NCBI GenBank assembly: GCA_005790605.1 | Contig: SXUI01000040.1 | Span: 16,941-80,940, forward strand | DNA: 64,000 nucleotides | Direction of reading: 5' to 3' | Source of the DNA: Planctomycetia bacterium | GTDB taxonomy: Bacteria > Planctomycetota > Phycisphaerae > Phycisphaerales > SM1A02 | Made by a program: the position numbers and the translations under genes | In this document: piece by piece, positions 1 through 8,815 of the stretch | Layout: every line of letters begins with the position of its first letter | Position numbering within the stretch: position 1 is the stretch's first letter | Notes under the pieces: generated by a model | What the model was told of the DNA's origin: nothing | What the model saw: the letters and a program-made list of their open reading frames with translations, nothing else | Database searches by the model: none

Positions 1-62
1 TCGCCAAAGGCGGCGTTTCGAGCGATCTTGAAGGCGGAAGGCTGATCACCAATCGCATCGGT

Positions 63-1361
63 TTGCCGGGCTCCGCAGCAATCAGCGTGCTCGCTGCCGC
101 CGGAACGTTCGGCCTCTATTGGATTCTTGCCGGACCACTCGGCTTCACGATCCTCAAGGCGGTGCGACGAGATCGCGCGGCGTGGGTCTACGCAGCGCTC
201 CTTTCACTCGCCTTCGCCGTCGGCATTTGGTTCGTGGGTAACGCACTCGCTGGTCGCACAGCAAAAGTCCGCTACTTGATGTTCCTTGACGCGGCCGCGC
301 GCCCACAAGGCGAGACCTCGCTCCTCCAACGACAACCCGCTCGCGCGAGCGGTTGGCTGTCGGTGCATGTTCCTTCGTACTCCCCAACGACCCTTCAGCT
401 TGGTACACCTGAGGACGGAAGATCGATGGTGCGAAGTTGGCTCAATCCCTCCGATCCGATCATTGAAGGATTTCCAAGTCAAGCGCGCGTGCGTCGCCCG
501 CTCGACGGCGATGGCACACTCACGATGATTTCCCGAGCCGCGAGCACTGACTTTTCATTCCGCTGGCTCGGCGGTCTCGATGCTGGTTGGGGAACGCTCC
601 CGTCCATCGCATCGCCTGTCCGCGTCGATGTTGATCGCCGGAAGTCGCCGATTGATGTGCGGATCGTGGGCACGCTTGTGCATGGTTTGCCGAGCACGCT
701 CCGCAATGTGATGCTCGTGCATGTGTGGCCGCTGCGAACACCGCCAGTCAGTCTGCTCAGCGGATTCCCACCAGAACGCGCACCGAGCGGGTCTATGCCA
801 AACCTCGGCATTTCCGCCATTCTGCCCGAATGGCAGGCAAATACGCCCCTCGATCTTGCGAAGGTGTTCCAGCCGTCGACATCGGCGAACGATGGTTCAC
901 TCGAAGCGCAATTCGACTTTCGGTTTTATGACGCAGTGCGAAACCTCGCGTCGCCCTTCAACAACTTCGGCATGCACCGTGTGACGCAAGCGGAGGAAGA
1001 GCGATTCCTGCAAATGCTCTCTTTCTACAACATGCTCGAGCCGCCCAAGTACGCGCATGCCGCAGGTGCCGAGTCCAAACTGCTGCAAACAGAACGCGTC
1101 ATCGCACGCGATGTTGATATCTCGAAGTGGTTCACACGCCCCTGCCTTATTGTGTACGGCCTCATGGAAAGCGATACGTCGCCGCTTCCACTCCGCGTCG
1201 ACGGCGATGCAGTGGATGCCACTGGAGAGATTGTGCTGCGCTGGATTCTTCCCCTCCCCTCCGACAACGATGCGCAAGACATCGTCCCACCGGCTCGTCA
1301 TGAGCGAGAACCGACAATCCCTGAACAAACCGAGAGCACAGAGCAGCCTGAGGCCGCGTGA
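63..1361 (+). CDS. hypothetical membrane protein (3 N-terminal TM helices, soluble C-terminal region)
   Basis: 432-aa ORF with a hydrophobic N-terminus (LAAAGTFGLYWILAGPLGF..., AALLSLAFAVGIWFVG). No recognisable catalytic motif. May extend upstream of the window. Confidence 0.4.
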   Translation: MPGSAAISVLAAAGTFGLYWILAGPLGFTILKAVRRDRAAWVYAALLSLAFAVGIWFVGNALAGRTAKVRYLMFLDAAARPQGETSLLQRQPARASGWLSVHVPSYSPTTLQLGTPEDGRSMVRSWLNPSDPIIEGFPSQARVRRPLDGDGTLTMISRAASTDFSFRWLGGLDAGWGTLPSIASPVRVDVDRRKSPIDVRIVGTLVHGLPSTLRNVMLVHVWPLRTPPVSLLSGFPPERAPSGSMPNLGISAILPEWQANTPLDLAKVFQPSTSANDGSLEAQFDFRFYDAVRNLASPFNNFGMHRVTQAEEERFLQMLSFYNMLEPPKYAHAAGAESKLLQTERVIARDVDISKWFTRPCLIVYGLMESDTSPLPLRVDGDAVDATGEIVLRWILPLPSDNDAQDIVPPARHEREPTIPEQTESTEQPEAA

Positions 1362-1385
1362 CCCGTTGACTGATGGAGTTTTTCT

Positions 1386-2333
1386 ATGGCGATGATCGAG
1401 ACTGTCAACCTCACGAAAAAGTACGGCGACCTGATTGCGCTCGACAATCTCAATCTCTCGATTGAGGAAGGCGCGTGCTTTGGGTTCATCGGCCCCAACG
1501 GCGCTGGGAAGACGACCACCATCAAGATCCTCGCGACCCTGCTCAAGCCAACTTGGGGCGAGGCGCGCATTGATGGAAAGACGGTCGGCTATCAGAATCA
1601 TCTCATTCGCCCGCTCATTGGATATGTCCCGGATTTCATGGGCGCGTATCAGGACATGACCGTCGCGGAGTACTTGGAGTTTTTCGCGGCGTGCTATGGC
1701 CTTACCGCAGGAAAACGGGAGAAGACGATCGCGGATGTTCTCGCGCTCACCGATCTTTCCCACAAGAACAGCAGCGAAGTGAATGGTCTCTCGCGCGGAA
1801 CCCAGCAGCGGCTCGCCGTTGCGCGTGTGTTACTCCACGACCCCAAAGTACTCTTGATGGATGAACCTTCAAGCGGTCTCGATCCGCGAGCGCGCATCGA
1901 GATGCGCGAGCTCCTCAAGGAGCTGCGTCGCATGGGCAAGACCATCCTAATTTCCAGCCACATCTTGTACGAGCTCGCCGAACTCTGCAACACCGTGGGT
2001 GTCGTCGAACAAGGCAAGTTGATTTTCGCCGGCTCGGTGCATGAGATCATGGCGCGCGCGAAAGTTGGGCAAGTCGTGCAAATCGTCGTGGAGGAACGCC
2101 GCACGGACGCTGCTGAGCTTCTCGGAAAACTCAAGGGCGTCCTCAGCGTTGACCTCGTCGATGACGGCAACACGCAGCGCATGGATGTGACACTCGAGCC
2201 AAACTCGCTGCTGTCGCCGAGCGAACTCGCCTCGAGGTTACTCGCCAATGGCTTCCGACTCTCCCGGTTGCAACCCGAACAGATCAGCCTCGAAACGGCA
2301 TTCATGCGTCTAACCAAGGGCATTGTGAGTTAG
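1386..2333 (+). CDS. ABC transporter ATP-binding protein (ABC-2 type)
   Basis: Walker A 'GPNGAGKTTTIKIL', ABC signature 'LSRGTQQRL', Walker B 'LLMDEPSSGLD'. RBS-like sequence upstream. Confidence 0.85.
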   Translation: MAMIETVNLTKKYGDLIALDNLNLSIEEGACFGFIGPNGAGKTTTIKILATLLKPTWGEARIDGKTVGYQNHLIRPLIGYVPDFMGAYQDMTVAEYLEFFAACYGLTAGKREKTIADVLALTDLSHKNSSEVNGLSRGTQQRLAVARVLLHDPKVLLMDEPSSGLDPRARIEMRELLKELRRMGKTILISSHILYELAELCNTVGVVEQGKLIFAGSVHEIMARAKVGQVVQIVVEERRTDAAELLGKLKGVLSVDLVDDGNTQRMDVTLEPNSLLSPSELASRLLANGFRLSRLQPEQISLETAFMRLTKGIVS

Positions 2334-2344
2334 GATTTCCACGC

Positions 2345-3205
2345 GTGTCGAAGCCCCCCCGCATCCTCTTCATCGCCAGTAAAGAACGAGCCCGCACTCG
2401 CGAAGTCTACGCCGCGGTGCACTCGACCCTGAGTCGCGCGCACGCGGAGATCGTGCAGTGCGATGCCAACGATGCCGCATGCATTGCGGAAGGCAATTGC
2501 GACTTCGCGATCGTCATTGGCGGTGACGGAACGATCATCGAGCAGGCGCGGCTGCTCCTCCAACGCGCCACGCCGATCATCGGCATCAACGCGGGTCGAG
2601 TTGGGTTTCTCGCGGAGTTCGATAGCGAGAGCTTTCACCGGCACGCACAGTTCATTCTTGAAGGCCGCGCGACTGTTCGCGCACGCACGGTGCTTGAAGT
2701 CGCCGCGACGCGCGCGGGCGAACGCATCGGAGGCGGTATCGCGATCAACGATTGCGTGATTACTGCGGGTGAACCATTCCGGATGATCGAGCTTGGACTC
2801 ACCGTTGACGGCGAAGCCGGACCCGAACTCGTCGGTGATGGTGTCATCGTTGCAACACCAACAGGATCGACTGCCTACAGCGCGTCCGCGGGCGGCGCGA
2901 TCGTGCACCCCTCGCTCGATGCACTCTCGATTGTTCCGATCTGCGCGCAGAGTCTCGCGTTCCGCCCAGTCACGCTTCCCGATTCGGCGCGCATCGAGTT
3001 CACGATTCAACGCGCCAACCAAGGGACGGCGCTCATACTTGACGGCGTGAAGACTGCCTCGCTCGAAGTAGGCGACCGTATCGCGATTGCGCGGAATGCG
3101 CAGGGCGCGCTCTTCGTCACAAATCCCGACAACTCCTATTGGCGCACGCTCACGGAGAAGCTCCGCTGGGCAGCGATGCCAAGCTACCGCACCGAGAGTC
3201 GGTAG
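2345..3205 (+). CDS. nadK: NAD(+) kinase
   Basis: 'GGDGT' motif (VIGGDGTII), 'NAGRVGFL' and 'DGVIVATPTGSTAYSASAGG' conserved blocks of the NAD kinase family. Confidence 0.85.
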   Translation: MSKPPRILFIASKERARTREVYAAVHSTLSRAHAEIVQCDANDAACIAEGNCDFAIVIGGDGTIIEQARLLLQRATPIIGINAGRVGFLAEFDSESFHRHAQFILEGRATVRARTVLEVAATRAGERIGGGIAINDCVITAGEPFRMIELGLTVDGEAGPELVGDGVIVATPTGSTAYSASAGGAIVHPSLDALSIVPICAQSLAFRPVTLPDSARIEFTIQRANQGTALILDGVKTASLEVGDRIAIARNAQGALFVTNPDNSYWRTLTEKLRWAAMPSYRTESR

Positions 3206-3264
3206 ACGCGCGCCGCAAGCCTTCGGACTGCCGCGGCTATCCTGCGCCTTGACCGAGACCACAC

Positions 3265-4668
3265 ATGATTGACCTGAAAGAACTGCGCGAGAATCCTGAT
3301 CGCTTCCGACAAGGCGTAGCCGACAAGGCGATGAGTGTCGACATTGATCGCTTACTCGCGCTTGACGAAGCGCGTCGTTCGATTCTCACGAGACAAGAAT
3401 CCGCGCGCGCGGAACAAAATCGGATCTCGAAGGAACTTGGTCCAAAGCTCGGCCAACTCAAGGGGAAGGCCAAGGGTGCGCACGGCGACGATCGCGCTGC
3501 GCTCGACGCAGAGATTGCGCAACTCGAGTCGCGACCCGCGGCGCTGAAGTTAGAGATCCAAGAGTGCGAACAACGCATCCTTGCAATCGAGCCGGAGTGG
3601 AAATCACTTTGGATGCAAGTGCCGCAACCTCCCTCCGCGGATGTGCCCAAAGGCAAGGGCAGCGAAGACAATGTCGAGATCCGCCGCTGGGCTCCCGCGA
3701 AGTGGGACTGGAGCAAGTCCTTCGAACAGAATCGCGGATTCAAACCGCGCACGCATGTCGAACTTCTGAAGATGCATCGACTCGCCGACTTCGAGCGCGG
3801 CGTCAAGATGTCGGGAACTCGGCACTATGTCTTGACCGGACTCGGCATGCGACTCCACCAAGCCGTGCTTCGATACGCGGTCGATTTCATGGCGGACAAA
3901 CGAGGCTTCACACCGATGGGCGTGCCCGTCATCGTGAAAGAAGAATGCATGGTGGGAACTGGCTTCTTTCCCGCTGGTCGCGAACAGGCGTATCACATCG
4001 AGGAGTCGCGTCGTGGATCGGGTCACGATCTCTTTCTCACGGGCACCGGCGAGGTCGGGCTCATGGGCATCCACGCGGATGAGATCTTAAACCTCGAAGA
4101 TCTTCCGCTGAAGTACTGCACCGTGTCGACCTGTTTCCGCCGCGAAGCTGGCGCCGCAGGAAAGGACACTGCGGGTCTCTATCGCATTCACCAATTCGAC
4201 AAAGTTGAACAGGTTGTCGTCTGCAAGGCAGATGATGCGGAGAGTCGCGCGTGGCATGCGCAGATGATTGAGACAGTCGAGACGATTCTGCAATCGTTTG
4301 AACTTCCATACCGACTGCTCCAATGCTGCACGGGCGACCTTGGCGTGAAGAACGAGGACATGATCGACATCGAGAGTTGGATGCCTGGCCGTGGCGAGAT
4401 CGGAGCGGATGGTTCGCCGCTTGGAGCTTTCGGCGAGACGCATTCCGCAAGCCGCTTGAGAGATTTCCAGTGCCGCCGACTCAATCTTCGCTACAAGGAT
4501 GCGCAGGGAAAGACGCAATTCGCATTCGCGCTCAACAACACGGTGATCGCAAGCCCGCGCGTGCTCATTCCTATTCTTGAGATGCACCAACAACCGAATG
4601 GCGCCGTCGTCATTCCGCCCATCCTGCGACCGTACATGGGCGGCATCTCGAAGATTGGTGATGCGTGA
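3265..4668 (+). CDS. serS: seryl-tRNA synthetase
   Basis: N-terminal coiled-coil arm (MIDLKELRENPD...). Class II aaRS core motifs (FRREAG...GLYRIHQFDKVE, GER...RL) typical of SerRS. 467 aa, slightly long with an insert. Confidence 0.9.
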   Translation: MIDLKELRENPDRFRQGVADKAMSVDIDRLLALDEARRSILTRQESARAEQNRISKELGPKLGQLKGKAKGAHGDDRAALDAEIAQLESRPAALKLEIQECEQRILAIEPEWKSLWMQVPQPPSADVPKGKGSEDNVEIRRWAPAKWDWSKSFEQNRGFKPRTHVELLKMHRLADFERGVKMSGTRHYVLTGLGMRLHQAVLRYAVDFMADKRGFTPMGVPVIVKEECMVGTGFFPAGREQAYHIEESRRGSGHDLFLTGTGEVGLMGIHADEILNLEDLPLKYCTVSTCFRREAGAAGKDTAGLYRIHQFDKVEQVVVCKADDAESRAWHAQMIETVETILQSFELPYRLLQCCTGDLGVKNEDMIDIESWMPGRGEIGADGSPLGAFGETHSASRLRDFQCRRLNLRYKDAQGKTQFAFALNNTVIASPRVLIPILEMHQQPNGAVVIPPILRPYMGGISKIGDA

Positions 4669-4779
4669 TCGCGGCGGCGCGAGGCCTGCCGCAAAATCTC
4701 GATCAATCGCACCGCTCTGCGGTCATATCGCGTCCCCATGAGCGTTGAGATTGCAACCCATTGCAACGACGAGACACTC

Positions 4780-6672
4780 ATGCAGCACCGCGCGCACTCT
4801 CGAACATCTCTTTCACTCGCACTTCTTCTTTGCGCCAGCACGGTTGCCTTCGGACAGGACGCGCCGACTGACGCGCCGCCCCCACCTCTTGGCGATGGCC
4901 CAAGCATGCGCGGGCCAGGTGGGCCAGGTGGTCCGATGCGCGCCGAACGCAAGGTATTGAAAGAGTTCGACAAGGATGGAAACGGTCGTCTTGAGGGCGT
5001 GGAGCTTGAAACTGCGCGCGAAGAACTTCGCAAGAACCCCGCGCCGACCCGACAAGGTCGAGGCGGCATGCGAGGCGGGCCGGGTGGTGGACCAGGTGGC
5101 GGTCCAGGTGGGGGTCCAGGTCCCCAGCGCCCAGCGACTTCTCCTGGCCGCACCGTTTCGCCAACAGAAGTCACGAACTACCCTGACGCCCCGCTCTACG
5201 ACACGAGCATCGTTCGCACGATTTTCTTCACTATTGATTCGCCCGACTGGGAAGCGGAACTCGAGCTCTTCCACGGCACGGACATCGATGTGCCTTCCAC
5301 GATGATCGTTGATGGGAAAGAGTACCCAGGCGTCGGGCTCCACTTCCGCGGCGCGTCAAGTTACATGATGGTGCCGAAGGGATCGAAGCGATCGCTCAAT
5401 GTCTCGGTGGATCACTCGAATCCCAAGCAGCAACTACTCGGACACAACACACTCAACCTGTTGAATTGCAGCGGTGATCCGTCGATGCTCTCGACGCTGC
5501 TCTACTCGCGCCTCGCTGCGCCACATATCGCCGTGCCAAAGGCGAACTTCGTCGAGGTCGTCGTCAATGGCGCGTCATGGGGAGTCTTCGTCAGCGTCGA
5601 ACAATTCAATGCGCAGTTCGTGAAGGAGCATTGGCCGCAATTCAAAGGCGAAGGCGCGCGATGGAAAGTGCCGGGTTCGCCGCAAGGCAGCGCGGGACTC
5701 GATGACAAGGGCGACGACCTCGCGTCCTATCAATCGCGATACGAAATCAAGTCGAAGGATCGCGAAGAGGATTGGGGCGCGCTCATGCATTTGTGCGATG
5801 TCCTTTCCAACACACCGAGCGACGAACTTGAAGCCGCACTCACGCCGATTCTCGATATCGAGGGCGCGCTTTGGTTTCTCGCGCTCGATATGGTGACTTC
5901 CAACAGCGATGGATTCTGGACGCGTGCGAGCGATTACTCGATATACCGCGATCCCACTGGGGTCTTCCACATTCTTCCACACGACATGAATGAAGCTTTC
6001 AAGATGCACGCGGGCGGGCCTGGGATGAGAGGTCGCCGCCTAGGTGCGGGAAATCCGGGACCTGACGGCCCGCCTGCGCAACGCGGTGAAGGCAGGATGC
6101 CGCCCGATGATCGCGGAGGTCGCGATGATCAAGCACGCGGAAGGCAACCGGAGTTTTCGCTTCCGCGACCACCACAAGACGGAGGCGTGCCACCCGATGG
6201 CGGTCCACCGATGGACGGCCCTGGTGGCGGTTTCGGCGTGCGTGGCGGCGGACAAGCCGGCGGAGGAGGCGATGGAACCAAGCTCGACCCACTCATGGGA
6301 ATCGACGACAGCATGAAGGCACTCCGCAGCAGATTGCTTTCGGTTCCTTCATTCCGTGCGCGTTACCTCGCGAAAGTCAAGACCCTCGCAGGTGAACTCG
6401 CCTGGTCGAAGCTTGGTCCCTTCATCACGCAGGAGCGAGAACTGATCGCGCCATTCGTCGAACGCGACACGCGAAAACTCTCCACCTACGAGGACTTCCT
6501 CGCGCTCACTTCGGACGCTGAACCACAGACCGACGCGAGCGCGAATGCTCCCCGGGCGAACCAAAGTCTGCGCGCGTTCTGTACGCTACGCTCGAAGTAC
6601 CTCATGGAGTACGCACCGAAGGCCGCGACTCCGGATCCCGCTGCGTCACGCAATCCGCCTCCCGCGCGCTAA
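4780..6672 (+). CDS. secreted CotH-kinase-family protein with Gly/Pro-rich and EF-hand-like segments
   Basis: Signal peptide (LSLALLLCASTVAFGQ). CotH-domain blocks (FFTIDSPDWEAELE..., NLLNCSGDPSMLSTLLYSRLA, FVEVVVNGASWGVFVSVEQFN). 'DKDGNGRLEGVELE' EF-hand-like loop. GPGG repeats. Start is the internal Met of ORF 4738-6672. Confidence 0.7.
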   Translation: MQHRAHSRTSLSLALLLCASTVAFGQDAPTDAPPPPLGDGPSMRGPGGPGGPMRAERKVLKEFDKDGNGRLEGVELETAREELRKNPAPTRQGRGGMRGGPGGGPGGGPGGGPGPQRPATSPGRTVSPTEVTNYPDAPLYDTSIVRTIFFTIDSPDWEAELELFHGTDIDVPSTMIVDGKEYPGVGLHFRGASSYMMVPKGSKRSLNVSVDHSNPKQQLLGHNTLNLLNCSGDPSMLSTLLYSRLAAPHIAVPKANFVEVVVNGASWGVFVSVEQFNAQFVKEHWPQFKGEGARWKVPGSPQGSAGLDDKGDDLASYQSRYEIKSKDREEDWGALMHLCDVLSNTPSDELEAALTPILDIEGALWFLALDMVTSNSDGFWTRASDYSIYRDPTGVFHILPHDMNEAFKMHAGGPGMRGRRLGAGNPGPDGPPAQRGEGRMPPDDRGGRDDQARGRQPEFSLPRPPQDGGVPPDGGPPMDGPGGGFGVRGGGQAGGGGDGTKLDPLMGIDDSMKALRSRLLSVPSFRARYLAKVKTLAGELAWSKLGPFITQERELIAPFVERDTRKLSTYEDFLALTSDAEPQTDASANAPRANQSLRAFCTLRSKYLMEYAPKAATPDPAASRNPPPAR

Positions 6673-6693
6673 CCCATCGAAGGCACCGCTCCC

Positions 6694-7362
6694 TTGCTCG
6701 ACTCCATTCAGCAGACCTTCGCGTCGAACAGCTCCGTAGGCGTCGGTGAAGCGTTTTGGCGATTGTTTGCCGCGCTCCTTCTCGGCATCGCGGTCGCGAT
6801 CATTTACCGACTCACGCGAGGACCCCGCGCGCAGCGTTCGCTCCTTGCGACACTCGTCATGCTTTCGGTGCTGCTTTCGATCACGACGCTTGTGATTGGC
6901 GACAACATCGCTCGCGCATTCAGCATCGTCGGCGCGCTTTCCATCGTTCGTTTTCGAACGGTCGTGAACGACACGCGTGATACCGCGTTTGTGATCTTTG
7001 CAGTCGCGGTTGGTATGGCTGCGGGCGCGGGTTACACGGCCGTACCACTCCTGTCGCTTCCATTTGTTTGGTGCGCCGCTTGGATCTGCACGCCATTCCA
7101 GTCGGGCGCTCCGGCAAAGAAGCTTGCCTACAAAGCAACCTTGCGTCTCTCGCGGGAGCACGCCCAAAGCACTCGCGTTGCGGAGGCGCTTACTGCGCAG
7201 ACGAAGAGGTGTGTGCTGCGAGGGGTGACGAGCGCAAAGGGCGACGCATCCTCTGTGCGGGTGTACGCCATTCGACTCGAGTCGGAGGCGGCGCTCCTTC
7301 CGCTGATCGAATCGTTGCAGAGCCTCGAAGGCGTGCAAGGGGTCGAAGTTAAGCGTGATTAG
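6694..7362 (+). CDS. DUF4956-like membrane protein
   Basis: Polytopic membrane protein with a 'SIVRFRTVVNDTRDTAFVIFAVAVGMAAGAG' block resembling DUF4956. DUF4956 genes commonly neighbour CotH genes. Confidence 0.5.
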   Translation: MLDSIQQTFASNSSVGVGEAFWRLFAALLLGIAVAIIYRLTRGPRAQRSLLATLVMLSVLLSITTLVIGDNIARAFSIVGALSIVRFRTVVNDTRDTAFVIFAVAVGMAAGAGYTAVPLLSLPFVWCAAWICTPFQSGAPAKKLAYKATLRLSREHAQSTRVAEALTAQTKRCVLRGVTSAKGDASSVRVYAIRLESEAALLPLIESLQSLEGVQGVEVKRD

Positions 7363-7601
7363 GCGAGCGCGGAACGCTTTCCCAGCAGTCGCGGCGAGCG
7401 CTTGGCGTACGGAGAAATACAAGACTTCAACTACCGCGCTGCACTGCGAGGGAGCACGGTTTCGTGCGGCTGGGATCGGCTTCAGGCGCGTTCGCGCTGC
7501 GACTTCGAAAGTTGCAACTCCCTCGGCTCAAGCCGACCATGCGGATTGACGAAAGTAGGCTTCGCTGTACACTTCCCGCCCCTGTCGCAAGGCAGGACAA
7601 T

Positions 7602-7674
7602 TCCCCTGTAGCTCAATTGGTAGAGCGGGCGGCTGTTAACCGCCAGGTTACTGGTTCAAGTCCAGTCGGGGGAG
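7602..7674 (+). tRNA. tRNA-Asn (anticodon GTT)
   Basis: Cloverleaf folded by hand. Acceptor tcccctg/cggggga (one G-U). D stem gctc/gagc. Anticodon stem ggcgg/ccgcc with loop ctGTTaa. T stem ctgg/ccag with loop ttcaagt. Discriminator G. No encoded CCA. Confidence 0.85.
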
Positions 7675-7677
7675 TTC
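7656..7677. repeat. attL-like direct repeat: 22-bp tRNA-Asn 3' end (tcaagtccagtcgggggagttc)
   Basis: Identical 22-mer recurs at 52694-52715. The expected chance frequency of an exact 22-mer repeat in 64 kb is about 1e-4. Confidence 0.7.
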
Positions 7678-7678
7678 A

Positions 7679-7715
7679 ACCGGTCGACCTCACACGAGGC
7701 CGACCGGTTTGTTTA
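7679..7715 (+). terminator. hairpin (accggtcg...cgaccggt) followed by T-rich tract downstream of the tRNA
   Basis: Perfect 8-bp inverted repeat with a 13-nt loop followed by 'ttgttt'. Intrinsic-terminator-like. Confidence 0.4.
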
Positions 7716-8302
7716 GAGGGTGACGCGAGAGAAACGGCCTCGTTGCGCGGTGTGACGAGGGTTTCGCGCTCTCGCGTTTGTAGTAAGCGTGATGGGTCCC
7801 GATCGAAACGGTGGTGAAATTGGCGAAAACTCGCCGCGATCTCACGCGCTCTCTGAATTGGTTTACAGCCTTCGGAGATCGGGGGTCTATCGAAACGACT
7901 CGCATTGCCCTGACAGCCTGCGACCACCGGCAGATGTAGCAAGGAGTGGTCGCACTCACTTGCGGCCTCACAACTTGAGGTAACCAGCATGCCACACGAC
8001 CAGCGCTCCGCGATTTCCCCGCGGGCGGCGATGCCACTCGCACCACTCCCAACTGCGGACGCCCTCGTCAATGAGATCGCTTCGCTGCTCGGCGCGGGTA
8101 TCGCGCGCGTCGTCGAAGCCAACGCGGTGAAGGACGCGGAGCAAGTCGTGGCATTCGCCCCGTGCATGGAACTTGCCATCAACCGCGCCTCATGGCTCAC
8201 TGTGCGGAGGAGCGACCGCGAGTGCGGCGAGTCCAACGAGAGAGCACGCACACGAGCACGCACATGATCACAACCATCGACAGACATGCGACCACCGATT
8301 CG

Positions 8303-8815
8303 ATGCCGATCGCGCAGCGCCTCGCTGACCTCGAGCGCATGACTGCGACACAACTTCGAGTTCGCCACGCCGAGGTCTTTGGAGAGAAGTCGAGATCAGG
8401 AAATCGCCAGTGGCTCTTTCGCCGCATTGCGTGGCGGATTCAATTCGACGCCGAAGGAAGCTTCGCGCAGAGAGCCGACGACCAAGCTCGTGCGCTCGCG
8501 AAGCAATACGCCTTTGATAGCGACATCCGATTCCGGCCACCGAAGACGCCACCGGCAGTCGAACTCGCTGAGCCAACTGTGACCATGCATGTTTCAGCGC
8601 CGCGCGACGGCAGGCTTCCGCCGCCGGGCAGTGTCATCGTGCGCAAATTCAAGGGCGGCGACCACCGCGTCACAGTCATGCCGTCGGGGTTTGACTACGA
8701 CGGCGGCCACTACAAGTCGCTCAGCGCGGTCGCACATGCGATCACCGGAAGCCACTGGAACGGAATGCTGTTCTTCGGCCTCAGCAGCCGCGCGAAGCAA
8801 GGACTTGCGACATGA
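8303..8815 (+). CDS. DUF2924-family protein (recombinase-associated)
   Basis: N-terminal 'IAQRLADLERMTATQLRVRHAEVFGEKSRSGNRQWLFRRIAWRIQ' matches the conserved DUF2924 start. Its stop overlaps the recombinase ATG (ATGA). Upstream in-frame starts at 8162 and 8264 are possible. Confidence 0.6.
   Translation: MPIAQRLADLERMTATQLRVRHAEVFGEKSRSGNRQWLFRRIAWRIQFDAEGSFAQRADDQARALAKQYAFDSDIRFRPPKTPPAVELAEPTVTMHVSAPRDGRLPPPGSVIVRKFKGGDHRVTVMPSGFDYDGGHYKSLSAVAHAITGSHWNGMLFFGLSSRAKQGLAT

Noticed and set aside
897-1763. 288-aa minus-strand ORF overlapping the 63-1361 and ABC ATPase genes
   Set aside because: Antisense to two genes with clear motifs. High-GC DNA generates long stop-free antisense frames. 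No RBS and no motif.
4491-5174. 227-aa minus-strand ORF with PPGPPPGPPPGPP repeats
   Set aside because: It is the reverse complement of the GPGG-repeat-encoding part of the CotH gene, so it is not an independent gene.
7929-7943. 15-mer GGCAGATGTAGCAAG repeated at 13944-13958 (upstream of two phage operons)
   Set aside because: About two exact 15-mer repeats are expected by chance in a 64-kb window. No further copies were found in other intergenic regions. A possible operator, but not significant on sequence alone.
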